Shown here piece by piece: positions 1 to 8,452 of a stretch of DNA of 33,949 nt; positions within the stretch are counted from its first letter, which is position 1, and each line of letters starts with the position of its first letter. The translations under genes and the position numbers were made by a program. Below the pieces are notes generated by a model. It saw nothing but the letters and a program-made list of their open reading frames with translations, made no database searches and was not told where the DNA came from. Source of the DNA: Methanosarcinales archaeon (GTDB lineage: Archaea; Halobacteriota; Methanosarcinia; Methanosarcinales; Methanogasteraceae); the NCBI GenBank assembly GCA_030605805.1, contig JAUWHQ010000059.1:1-33949 (forward strand), written 5' to 3'.

Positions 1-1208
1 ATTCCCATTGATTCGAGCACCTCTTTCAGTAGCCTGTGTGCGTTCTCTCCGAACACCCTTGCCCATCGTAAGTGCGTATAGCGGTTCGCTTTTTCAGGAT
101 CGGCGTTTCTGATCAATTGAAGCACTCTACGCGAGCACATAAGCGTTAAAATGGAAACCCAGATCAAAGACTCTATTACGTCCAGATTTGTACTGTCTAT
201 CTGCTCCATACGGTAGTAACTCTTCAATTCCTTGAATACCATCTCAATCTCCCATCTTGCGCCATACAAACTGGCAATATCCTCAGCAGACAGCCTTTCA
301 ACTGGAATATTGGTTATATAGACATGGTAATCACCAGTTTCCTTGTTGAGAACCGCAACAACCCGAAAGAGTTTGGTCACAGTGCTTTGTTTTCCCCTGT
401 ATTTCCGTCTCTTGAATTTGACCTCGACCATCACATCGAGCACGCCTCTTTTAAGGTGTGGCAGAACATCTTTTAGCTTTTTTCCTTCAACAGAGATTGC
501 ATTTCCTCTGTACTTCTGGTTCAGGCTGACAATTATTGGATTGGCATTACTTTTCAGTCTGCTTACGAAACTACCGTGGTATTTATTGATTTTATCAAAA
601 ATACCATACTTAAAGAATCCAAGATCGAAAAGAAGTATTCTATCCTTTACCCAGGGACCAATCCGGAGTGTCTTGATCTCAGATGTCCGTTCCGGGAATA
701 TTTTAACGGATTTTACGCCATCTGCAACTGCGCTCACGACGCACGAAACTTTAACCCCTGCTGCAACCCTTGTTGATCGAGTGGCTGGCCAAAGATCGGC
801 GAGAGACTCATGCAGCCTGATAATCGTACTATCCTGAATTATAATGTCTTTGAAACCGTTTAACTTCTCACCCAGTGCGCGAGATTGCTGCTGCGCCTGA
901 AATTCTATCGCATGTAGGACGCATTCACGAAGAAACGCCACCAGCTCTGGCGTGAATCGGTCGTATAAAGCGCCATCGCTCAATTCTATGTTCGCTTCTG
1001 TCTCGTACCGTCGTTCAAGTGCTCTGATAGATCTCAGAAAATCGACGCCAAATCCGAGTATTAGAACCCAGAAGAATGTAACAGGATCAACCTTACGCTC
1101 ACGTTTGATAAATCCGGTTTTTCGAGCGAAATTTCGTAAGAACTCCTCTGGAAACATCTGCACGAGATATTCAACACTTGGATCGGTTTGTTTAGTATGA
1201 TTGTCCAT
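1..1208 (-). mobile_element. IS4-family DDE transposase gene (IS element); C-terminal end runs off the left window edge
   Basis: The minus-strand frame is open from ATG at 1208 to position 1. It is absent from the ORF track because it has no stop inside the window. My translation reads MDNHTKQTDPSVEYLVQMFPEEF...GDYHVYITNIPVERLSAEDIASLYGARWEIEMVFKELKSYY. It contains the Y-x2-R-x3-E-x6-K signature typical of IS4-type DDE transposases. The plus-strand ORFs 343-837, 576-776 and 952-1200 are antisense shadows of it. Confidence 0.8.
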
Positions 1209-1440
1209 GCCATCACCCTCAGACAACCATGATTGTAGTTATTGTATATAAACATTGTGATGGTTTAGTGACGCCTTAACCGAACACCGATGCACATAAA
1301 ACCTTCTCGAAAACGGAGGGCACCAACCCGGTGTAATATAACAGTCCCGGTTCGTGTATTCATGAGCCATTCATAAGCCACTCGCCCCACCTGAACAACC
1401 GATCTCGAGCTACCCAAAGTTTAACGCTCCCTGAAACAAC

Positions 1441-2343
1441 GTGAAATCGATGGAAACAAACTCTGCGAAGAATCGGACAGGATCGCTTGAGCTGGATTTT
1501 GATCCGTCCTATCTCGCACGCTGCGCACAACTCGCAATGGTTCTCGAGGTCTCCGCATCCCCGAAACCGGGCAACGTGGATCGAGACCACGATTACCCTG
1601 ACACGACCTTCGAGCACTTCCTCTCGTCCGCAATCGGGACATATCCGGTGCTCGAAGAGGCTGCAAGGTCACAGAGCGGCGTCGGCGCGCTGATACACGC
1701 GGCAGCAAAGGAATCGCTGCGATGGCAGCACGGGGGAAACACGCACTTCGGCGCGTTCGTTCTGCTGATTCCGTTGCTGATGGCTGCCGGAAGCGGCAGG
1801 CGTGTTTCTGAGATCGTTTTTGGTACCACGGCAGAGGATGCTGCCGAATTCTACCGTGCGTTTTCAATTGCGAATGTTCGTGTGGACGCAGTTCCGGAGA
1901 TCGATCTCGAAGACTCGGGATCCATCGACAAAATCCTGGAAGAAGAGATCGGGCTCTTCGATCTGATGAAACTCTCTGTCGATCATGATCTGATCGCAAA
2001 CGAATGGGTAAACGGGTTTAAGCGGACATTCAGGTGCGCAGATCTGATCCGGGAGAAGGCGGATAAAATGAGCATCAACGATGCCATCGTGTGTACGTTT
2101 TTGCAGATGCTTGCAGAGACTCCTGATACGTTTATTCAGACGAAATTCGGAAGAGGAAAGTCGATTGAGGTCAGCGAGCATGCGTCAATGATCATCGCAG
2201 GCAACAGGGATCTAAATTCGATAAAATCGAGAGTCCATGAATTTGACCGAAAATTGATCCGCGAGAAGGTAAATCCGGGATCGACTGCGGATATTATAAT
2301 CGGCGGGCTCTTTGTTGCGCTGGTCCGGGGGCTGCGGGTTTAG
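1441..2343 (+). CDS. CitG/MdcB-family triphosphoribosyl-dephospho-CoA synthase-like protein
   Basis: 300-aa ORF with GTG at 1441 and the first ATG at 1450. The blocks SASPKPGNVDRDHDYPDTTFEHFLSSA and HGGNTHFGAFVLLIPLL match the conserved PKPGxVD...D..F..S and GxNTHxGA blocks of the CitG family. Confidence 0.7.
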   Translation: MKSMETNSAKNRTGSLELDFDPSYLARCAQLAMVLEVSASPKPGNVDRDHDYPDTTFEHFLSSAIGTYPVLEEAARSQSGVGALIHAAAKESLRWQHGGNTHFGAFVLLIPLLMAAGSGRRVSEIVFGTTAEDAAEFYRAFSIANVRVDAVPEIDLEDSGSIDKILEEEIGLFDLMKLSVDHDLIANEWVNGFKRTFRCADLIREKADKMSINDAIVCTFLQMLAETPDTFIQTKFGRGKSIEVSEHASMIIAGNRDLNSIKSRVHEFDRKLIREKVNPGSTADIIIGGLFVALVRGLRV

Positions 2344-2382
2344 CAAGGGATTTTCTGGCTACATGAACAGTTTCCGCAGACT
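2318..2382 (+). repeat. Left copy of a 65-bp imperfect direct repeat (last codons, stop and trailer of the citG-like gene)
   Basis: Gapless hand alignment with 7331-7395 gives 59 of 65 identical positions. Core sequence: GGCTGCGGGTTTAGCA(A/G)GGGATTTTCTGGCTACAT. Confidence 0.85.
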
Positions 2383-2389
2383 GGGGGCA

Positions 2390-2395
2390 TTTTTT
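2390..2395 (+). terminator. Oligo-T tract after the citG-like gene (archaeal-type terminator candidate)
   Basis: A T6 run lies about 47 nt after the stop codon. An equivalent T7 run follows the second repeat copy at 7412-7418. Confidence 0.3.
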
Positions 2396-2601
2396 GGGCT
2401 TCTTTGCTGTGTTGATGTGGTGATAAATGTTTGGTTAACTTGTTTAAGAAAGGTGGCGCGTGGTAAATGAGGTATTCTGATAATTGTCCGACAGCCGGGG
2501 GATTTGAAAAGTTTAAATACGTGGCAAGTTACAATTAAACTGTAGTGGGTTGTGCCCGGAAGGGATCACAAAATAAAACACAAAAAAGGAGAGTGGAAAT
2601 A

Positions 2602-3651
2602 ATGTTGAAGCGCAGAAAACGGATGTGGTTTGCAATACTGCTGCTACTCGCGATGGTAGGACCAGCAGCGTGCGAAATAGTCGATATAACACATACATAC
2701 ACCGATTCATACACATTTTCAGAAATCACCGTAACCGCCAGTATAGGCACCGAAGTTGATACTATGGTGGAGTATCCAGAAGCGGATTATCCGTATGGCT
2801 TATGTGAGGTGCACTTCTATCCACCTTCGTCGCAGACGGTTACTGGTGGATCAGGTGGATATGGGAGCGTAAAGTGGAAAGTTGTATTTGGATATAATTA
2901 CATGAAATCTGATGACTATATTCTGACTGCATACAATGTATCGAATCCCGGAGATAACAAATCTGTTGTAGTTCCATTCCGAGGGGAAGATCGACCTAAT
3001 GTAAATTGCTTTGTGCTTTACGTCCCCAATCCCGGAATTGCAGAAGTGAGAGTGGGCGATATAGCTTATGTGCGTATTTCTATTGAAGATCCCTATGGAT
3101 GGGATGATATAACAAGTGTTACTGTCGATCTGACTGATTTTGGTCTTGGATCAGAAGTTGCTGTTAATAAAATAACGAGACCCGACCATACCGGGAACTT
3201 CATACACTTCTATAGTGAAGATCTTGTCATACCTGATGTACCATTTCTCCGCATAAGTATGGTTGCCATAGACAAGAATGGCGCACCTCTTATTGAAGAA
3301 AGAAATGTGACAGTGCATCCTGCTGCTCTCAAACCAACGCCAACTCCTACACCCAAACCGACACCAACGGCTACATCAACACCTGTGCCCACTTCTATGT
3401 CAACGCCAACGCCCACACCAGCATCCAAGCCTACTCCAGTAACAACGGTCATAGAGACGCCAGAAGAGGTTGCGGTGGAATCTGAAGAAGTGGAAGATAC
3501 GGTTGACGAACCCACGACTGACGAGACTCGTCCGGTACAAGTAGAGTTAGAGATTGAAGTGGTGAGCATACCAGGATTCACTGCAAGATTCGCAATCCAT
3601 GGTTTACTCATGATCGCTGCTTTGCTTAGATACAGACGAAATCAGTCATAG
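2602..3651 (+). CDS. Secreted surface protein with Pro/Thr-rich linker and PGF-CTERM archaeosortase sorting signal
   Basis: ATG at 2602 is preceded by AGGAGAG. The signal-peptide-like N-terminus is MLKRRKRMWFAILLLLAMVGPAAC. The linker reads KPTPTPTPKPTPTATSTPVPTSMSTPTPTPASKPTPVTT. The C-terminus is PGFTARFAIHGLLMIAALLRYRR, i.e. a PGF motif, a TM helix and a basic tail. The track start at 2545 is probably too far upstream. Confidence 0.75.
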   Translation: MLKRRKRMWFAILLLLAMVGPAACEIVDITHTYTDSYTFSEITVTASIGTEVDTMVEYPEADYPYGLCEVHFYPPSSQTVTGGSGGYGSVKWKVVFGYNYMKSDDYILTAYNVSNPGDNKSVVVPFRGEDRPNVNCFVLYVPNPGIAEVRVGDIAYVRISIEDPYGWDDITSVTVDLTDFGLGSEVAVNKITRPDHTGNFIHFYSEDLVIPDVPFLRISMVAIDKNGAPLIEERNVTVHPAALKPTPTPTPKPTPTATSTPVPTSMSTPTPTPASKPTPVTTVIETPEEVAVESEEVEDTVDEPTTDETRPVQVELEIEVVSIPGFTARFAIHGLLMIAALLRYRRNQS

Positions 3652-3696
3652 GAAGCGGGGGCGATCACCATTCTTGTAGAAAAATATTCTAAGCCA

Positions 3697-4782
3697 ATGA
3701 CACATAAGATGATGCAGAATCGATATGTCAAAAATATTTTCGATAAATTTAAATATTATAGATTATCTATAATTATCACCATAGCAGTTCTTGTGATATT
3801 ATTGATTCGATATCCCACAGAGGCATGTCCCGATAACGCGAGATACATCCTGAGCGCGATTTCTCAAAGTTTGGCTGCTTTACTCGCCCTGGTGTTTACT
3901 ATTACATTAGTAGCAGCTCAAATGACGAGAAGATACACTGCGATGGATGAAATAATATTTAGATCAGAAACTACCGCTTTAATGTCTGCTTATGGGATTG
4001 GAATAATTTTACCAGTTCTAATGCTGAAATTTGGATTCTGGTATAAAGGAGTAATTGTATCGATTTGTATTGCTGCTTTTTGCGTATTTTCGTTATTTCC
4101 ATTTTTGAGAGGAGTGAACACGACGTTGAAAGAGATTGGAATTGCTAATTTGGTCGAAGAGGCAGAAGAGGCACTTTATTTAGGATTTGAGGCAAAAGCA
4201 ATCCATCGAGTTGTTGAATTGGAAGAAATAGGCGAAGATGTAGTAAAACGAAGGCGGGAAGAGAGAGCCGTTCAGATCGTAAATGGATTGGCGTCTATCG
4301 GAACGGAAGCACTTGATAATAATAAAAAATTTGAGAAGCTAATATTACGTGTTGTAAAAATATTGTCCCGCATGGGGTTGCAAGCAGCAAATAACAAATT
4401 GGATAATGCGGTATTGCACGTTGGGGAGGGATTAAAGGATATCGGAGTCAAGATTGCAATTAAGCAATGGACTTCAGAAATGCGGAGTGTTATAATTGGA
4501 TTAGAACGGATCGGGAGTTCAGCTGCCGAGAATGGATTGAACGCCAAACATAGTATAGTAATTGGGTTATGGGTTTTGGGTGCTGCTGTGAAAGAATATT
4601 TGCCTGGATGTGCTGGTGATGTAAAGAGAAGTCTTAAAAAATTGGAAGAGAATATCGATAGAGAGTTGTGGAATTCGTGTTTTGTTAAAGCAAAAGATCA
4701 AATAAATCAAATAGATGCACTTGAAATAAAGTATCTCTACGAATTCAAAGAGTATTATGATGGTGATGGTGCGAGCTATTGA
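3697..4782 (+). CDS. Membrane protein: N-terminal multi-TM domain plus C-terminal helical-repeat domain, function unknown
   Basis: 361-aa ORF in AT-rich DNA with about 4 hydrophobic helices in the first 150 aa or so. The C-terminal half has a recurring x-G-L-x-x-I-G-x-x-A motif (VNGLASIGTEA, LSRMGLQAA, GEGLKDIGVKIA, IIGLERIGSSAA, VIGLWVLGAAV). The stop lies 24 nt before the GmrSD ATG, which has its own GAGGTG Shine-Dalgarno. Confidence 0.6.
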   Translation: MTHKMMQNRYVKNIFDKFKYYRLSIIITIAVLVILLIRYPTEACPDNARYILSAISQSLAALLALVFTITLVAAQMTRRYTAMDEIIFRSETTALMSAYGIGIILPVLMLKFGFWYKGVIVSICIAAFCVFSLFPFLRGVNTTLKEIGIANLVEEAEEALYLGFEAKAIHRVVELEEIGEDVVKRRREERAVQIVNGLASIGTEALDNNKKFEKLILRVVKILSRMGLQAANNKLDNAVLHVGEGLKDIGVKIAIKQWTSEMRSVIIGLERIGSSAAENGLNAKHSIVIGLWVLGAAVKEYLPGCAGDVKRSLKKLEENIDRELWNSCFVKAKDQINQIDALEIKYLYEFKEYYDGDGASY

Positions 4783-4806
4783 AACGCTATAAAGAGGTGC
4801 GATAAA

Positions 4807-6585
4807 ATGATCCAGAGTGCAGAAATATATCAAATATCGAATATTTTCGATATTGATATAAAAGTGAAGTATGAAGTACCTAAATATCAACGAGAATATA
4901 TTTGGGGAAAAGAGCAATGGGAGAATCTGTTTAATGATATATCCGATAGTGATGAGGGGCATTTTCTGGGCTCTATTATCTGTATAAACAACGGGGTAGA
5001 CGCATTAGGCATAACACCGCTGGAAGTTATAGATGGCCAACAGAGACTTACAACCATCTCTTTATTATTTGCTTCTATTTATAATAAACTTCGGAACGAT
5101 GAACGAAACGATGACGATTTTATAACTGAAAGGAATAATTTAAAACATAGATTAACCCAAAAAAAGTGTGAAAACACTCCGAAACTTGAATTGTGTTACC
5201 AAAATAACAATTTTGAAGATTATAATGCCATATTAGCAGAGATCGGCTTATACAACCTCTCTGATAAACCGTCCAATCTAGGCAATAAGCGTATCTATAA
5301 AGCTTATCAATATTTCAATGAAAATCTCCGTGATCTCGAGTATCACCGAGTCATGGAAATTTTATATAAAATAAATTCAGCTTTGTTGGTTAAAATTGAG
5401 GTGAACAGCCACTCAGACGCATTCGTTCTTTTCGAAACTTTGAATAATCGTGGAATGCCCCTTTCTGCCATAGATATTATTAAAAATAAGATTTTATCGG
5501 AGTTGGATCATAGAAACGTTAGATCAGTAGACGATGCTTATGACGAATGGTTAAAATTGGTGGGTAATTTGCCCGATCACTCAATTCAAGAAAGATTTCT
5601 AAGACAATATTATAACGCATTTAGGTACAAAGAAAGAATAAAAGTAGAGAAGTTTCATAGAGCTACGAAACGTAACCTAATCAAGATATATGAGAATCTA
5701 ATAAACCAAGATTCCGGATTTATTTTTGATGAATTGATTGAAAAATCCAGAGCGTATAACTTATTCGTAGAGCCGGATGACAATGGAAGCGATAGCGAAT
5801 ATCACAGAGGGCTGACTGATTTATTACACATCGGGGCGGCTCCGTCTTACACATTTCTACTGTACTTATTCGCAGAGCATGAAAGTAATCACGAACTCAT
5901 TGAAGGGTCGATAAAGTTTTTAGTGAAATATTTTGTTAGGAGAAATTTAACAGATTTTCCAAGAACGAGAGACCTTGACACTATCTTCATGGGGCTAATA
6001 ACTGAATGTGAGCGAAACAGAGACGATTTAACTCCATCCATCATTAGTAACTATTTAACTCAGTCTATGAGGTTCTCTGATATCAATACATTCAAAGAAA
6101 AGCTGGTAGGTGACATTTATGATGATAATGTTGCAGTTACTCGATTTATACTCTGTAAGATAGAAGAAGAGCACCAAACAAAAGAAATCCATACCGACTT
6201 ATGGGCACGAGGCAAAAACAAAAAGTTCGTCTGGACAATAGAGCATATTTTTCCAGAAGGGGTTAATATTCCTAGAGAATGGGTTGATATGGTCGCAAAC
6301 GGCGATGAAAACAAAGCAAATGAATTACATGTGGCATGGGTTCATAAATTGGGCAATCTAACAATGACGGGCTATAATTCTAATTTATCGAACTTTTCCT
6401 TCGGAGAGAAGAGAGATCGGAAGAATAATAAAGGCGATTACATAGGTTACAAGAATGGATTGTACCTAAACAAAGAATTGGCAAATAAAGGCTCATGGAC
6501 CACAGAAAAGATTAAAAATAGAACTGGTGAACTCATTGCAGAGGCTTTAGAATTGTTTAAATTTGATAATGAGAGGATTGATTAA
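4807..6585 (+). CDS. GmrSD-type DUF262/DUF1524 protein (type IV modification-dependent restriction endonuclease family)
   Basis: 592 aa. The N-terminus shows IPKYQREYIWGKEQWENLFNDI and the DGQQRLTT motif of DUF262 (ParB-like NTPase). The C-terminus shows TIEHIFPEG ... VHKLGNLTMTGYNSNLSN, a His-Me finger pattern typical of DUF1524. Confidence 0.85.
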   Translation: MIQSAEIYQISNIFDIDIKVKYEVPKYQREYIWGKEQWENLFNDISDSDEGHFLGSIICINNGVDALGITPLEVIDGQQRLTTISLLFASIYNKLRNDERNDDDFITERNNLKHRLTQKKCENTPKLELCYQNNNFEDYNAILAEIGLYNLSDKPSNLGNKRIYKAYQYFNENLRDLEYHRVMEILYKINSALLVKIEVNSHSDAFVLFETLNNRGMPLSAIDIIKNKILSELDHRNVRSVDDAYDEWLKLVGNLPDHSIQERFLRQYYNAFRYKERIKVEKFHRATKRNLIKIYENLINQDSGFIFDELIEKSRAYNLFVEPDDNGSDSEYHRGLTDLLHIGAAPSYTFLLYLFAEHESNHELIEGSIKFLVKYFVRRNLTDFPRTRDLDTIFMGLITECERNRDDLTPSIISNYLTQSMRFSDINTFKEKLVGDIYDDNVAVTRFILCKIEEEHQTKEIHTDLWARGKNKKFVWTIEHIFPEGVNIPREWVDMVANGDENKANELHVAWVHKLGNLTMTGYNSNLSNFSFGEKRDRKNNKGDYIGYKNGLYLNKELANKGSWTTEKIKNRTGELIAEALELFKFDNERID

Positions 6586-6615
6586 CCAGCACCGGATACA
6601 CAATGCAACACGCCA

Positions 6616-6903
6616 ATGCCCCCACAAATCGAAGAAATAAAAACCAGAATCACCCACACACTGCGACACCACGATGTCGCCCGCGCAGCCATATTCGGAT
6701 CATTCGCACGTGGTGATGCCGAAGAAAGCAGTGATCTGGACATTCTAATAGAATTCAGAGGAGAAAAAAGCCTGCTTGACCTTGTGGGCTTGAAACTGGA
6801 ACTTGAGGATTCTCTTGGAAGAAGCGTTGACGTGCTTACCTATAATGCGCTGCATCCTGCCATACGCGATCGGATTCTCAAAGAACAGGTGAGGGTTCTA
6901 TGA
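6616..6903 (+). CDS. Minimal nucleotidyltransferase (MNT-type antitoxin of an MNT/HEPN pair)
   Basis: 95 aa. AAIFGSFARGDAEESSDLDILIEF matches the GSxxRG...DxD nucleotidyltransferase motif. Its stop overlaps an ATG at 6900 (ATGA). Confidence 0.85.
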   Translation: MPPQIEEIKTRITHTLRHHDVARAAIFGSFARGDAEESSDLDILIEFRGEKSLLDLVGLKLELEDSLGRSVDVLTYNALHPAIRDRILKEQVRVL

Positions 6904-6975
6904 AGAAAGATCCAAAAGTCAACACCCGGGCACATTTTAGAGAGCATACACCTCATAGAAAAGTACGTAGACCAG

Positions 6976-7242
6976 ATGTCCAAAGATGACTTCCTAAAAT
7001 CAATAAATATTCAGGATGCTGTTATCAGAAGGCTGGAAATTATTGGAGAAGCCGTGAAAAACATCCCTCCGGAGTTCAGGGAAGAGTATCCGGATATCCA
7101 GTGGCGCCAGATAGCCGGAATGAGGGATGTTTTGATCCACGAATATTTCGGTGTGGATCTGGATCTGACATGGAAGGTTGTCAAAAGCGATCTGCCAGAA
7201 CTGGAGCGGAAGGTCGCAGGGATTCTTAAAAAAATCGAGTAG
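6976..7242 (+). CDS. HEPN/DUF86 (HepT-like) toxin domain; N-terminus apparently disrupted by a frameshift
   Basis: [19 protein letters not shown] and the Rx4H motif in [10 protein letters not shown] are DUF86 hallmarks. The same frame upstream of M6976 encodes [15 protein letters not shown] but has no start codon. The expected MKKDPKV start at 6900 lies in another frame. Confidence 0.75.
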   Translation: MSKDDFLKSINIQDAVIRRLEIIGEAVKNIPPEFREEYPDIQWRQIAGMRDVLIHEYFGVDLDLTWKVVKSDLPELERKVAGILKKIE

Positions 7243-7330
7243 ACCGGATCGCAACCCCTGCTCTAAATATCCGTTCAGGCTTACTCGCGGGCTTGCAGCA
7301 CTTGAACCGGAGTTGGGCTGCCAACATATA

Positions 7331-7395
7331 CGCTGGTTCGGAGGCTGCGGGTTTAGCAGGGGATTTTCTGGCTACATTAACAACTTCCGCAGACT
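7331..7395 (+). repeat. Right copy of the 65-bp direct repeat (orphan 3' end of the citG-like gene)
   Basis: 59 of 65 positions match 2318-2382. In the corresponding frame it still reads TLVRRLRV-stop, compared with ALVRGLRV-stop in the intact gene. Confidence 0.85.
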
Positions 7396-7411
7396 AAATG
7401 GGCGTTCTCGG

Positions 7412-7418
7412 TTTTTTT
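7412..7418 (+). terminator. Oligo-T tract after the orphan repeat copy
   Basis: A T7 run sits about 17 nt after the repeat, mirroring the T6 run after the left copy. Confidence 0.3.
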
Positions 7419-7567
7419 GCGAAACAGTGTCGCCAGCAGTCAGGAGTTGGCTGGACCATCAACGCCGTGGTGGCGTGACAGCATCGATTTCGGGCACCAA
7501 CGCTCAAGTTGACCACTCCCCATACCCGCCGGATCATTGATATGAGCCTGCAACCAAACATCATCCC

Positions 7568-8095
7568 GTGTTTGACACGATCATCATCGCTCTCTGGCTG
7601 ATGCTGCCGGCATACCTGCCAAACCCGTGTGCAGCGTTCTTTGGGCGCGGTCTCCCCATCGATTTTGGCAGGAATTTCACCGACGATCGGCGGATACTTG
7701 GCGACGGGAAGACCTACATCGGTTTCTTCGCCGGAAGTGCGGCAGGCATCATGATCGGGCTGATCCAGATGGGGATCGTATCGCATTATTCGTTTTTTCC
7801 ACTGTTCACCCTGAAAGCCATCTTCTGCCTCTCGATCGGATCGTTGCTCGGAGATCTCGGAATGAGCTTTGTAAAACGGAGAATCGGGCTTGAGCGCGGG
7901 GCTCCGTTCCCGATCGCAGACCAGCTCGACTTCGTGGCGGGCGCATGGTTACTGACGTTCCTTGTTGAGCGAGAATGGTTCGTCTCGAATTTTACTATTT
8001 GGATTATAATAACGATACTCATTATTACTCCGATTATGCACCGGATCACCAACATAATCGGATACAAACTCGGAAAAAAGGATGTGCCGTGGTGA
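7568..8095 (+). CDS. carS: CDP-archaeol synthase (DUF46 family)
   Basis: 175-aa polytopic membrane ORF with a GTG start. LPAYLPNPCAAFFG...PIDFG......LGDGKTYIGFFAG matches the conserved N-terminal blocks of archaeal CarS. Confidence 0.75.
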   Translation: MFDTIIIALWLMLPAYLPNPCAAFFGRGLPIDFGRNFTDDRRILGDGKTYIGFFAGSAAGIMIGLIQMGIVSHYSFFPLFTLKAIFCLSIGSLLGDLGMSFVKRRIGLERGAPFPIADQLDFVAGAWLLTFLVEREWFVSNFTIWIIITILIITPIMHRITNIIGYKLGKKDVPW

Positions 8096-8397
8096 AAGAC
8101 AAATATCAGGGGGTCATCACCATCAGATGCCCATGCCCGGATGCATCGGTGATCGAGGAAGCGCTTGCGCCGGACAACCTCCGGAACATGAAGATGCAGA
8201 GCACCGGTGCGTCGCTGATCGTTGAAGTGTCGGCGCCGAGGCTCGGAACACTGATAAGCACGGTTGACGATCTGCTGATGAACGCGAAGATTGCGTGTGA
8301 TCTGGCTGCCACAGTGCAGGTGCAAGTGCCTGTGCCACCGATGAAGGCTCCCGCCAGGGAAGGATCGAAATCGCGGAGAACACAGACGTTAGAGTGA
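8089..8397 (+). CDS. pcc1: Pcc1-like KEOPS subunit (tentative)
   Basis: The start is probably GTG at 8089 or 8092, overlapping the carS stop. [21 protein letters not shown]...[31 protein letters not shown] follows the pattern of archaeal Pcc1: beta strand, A..v..AL.PE, then L.i.i.A.D...LR..vn..L. The track start at 7975 lies inside carS and is unlikely. Confidence 0.5.
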   Translation: MVKDKYQGVITIRCPCPDASVIEEALAPDNLRNMKMQSTGASLIVEVSAPRLGTLISTVDDLLMNAKIACDLAATVQVQVPVPPMKAPAREGSKSRRTQTLE

Positions 8398-8452
8398 CCG
8401 GGCAGTCCTCCTGAACCAAACCTTTATCCGAGCGCCGCCCAAGAAGTCACCT

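Noticed and set aside
343-1255. Track ORFs 343-837, 576-776 and 952-1200 (plus strand) and 1061-1255 (minus strand)
   Set aside because: They all overlap the long minus-strand IS4-type transposase frame, which carries a clear YREK signature. Their translations are low-complexity and motif-free, so they are antisense or off-frame shadows.
7178-7786. ORFs 7178-7540 (plus strand, 120 aa) and 7394-7786 (minus strand, 130 aa) in the island/carS junction
   Set aside because: They run across the orphan direct-repeat copy and its oligo-T tract, or antisense into carS. They have Arg/Gly/Pro-rich translations, no start context and no motif. They are best explained as non-coding junction DNA.
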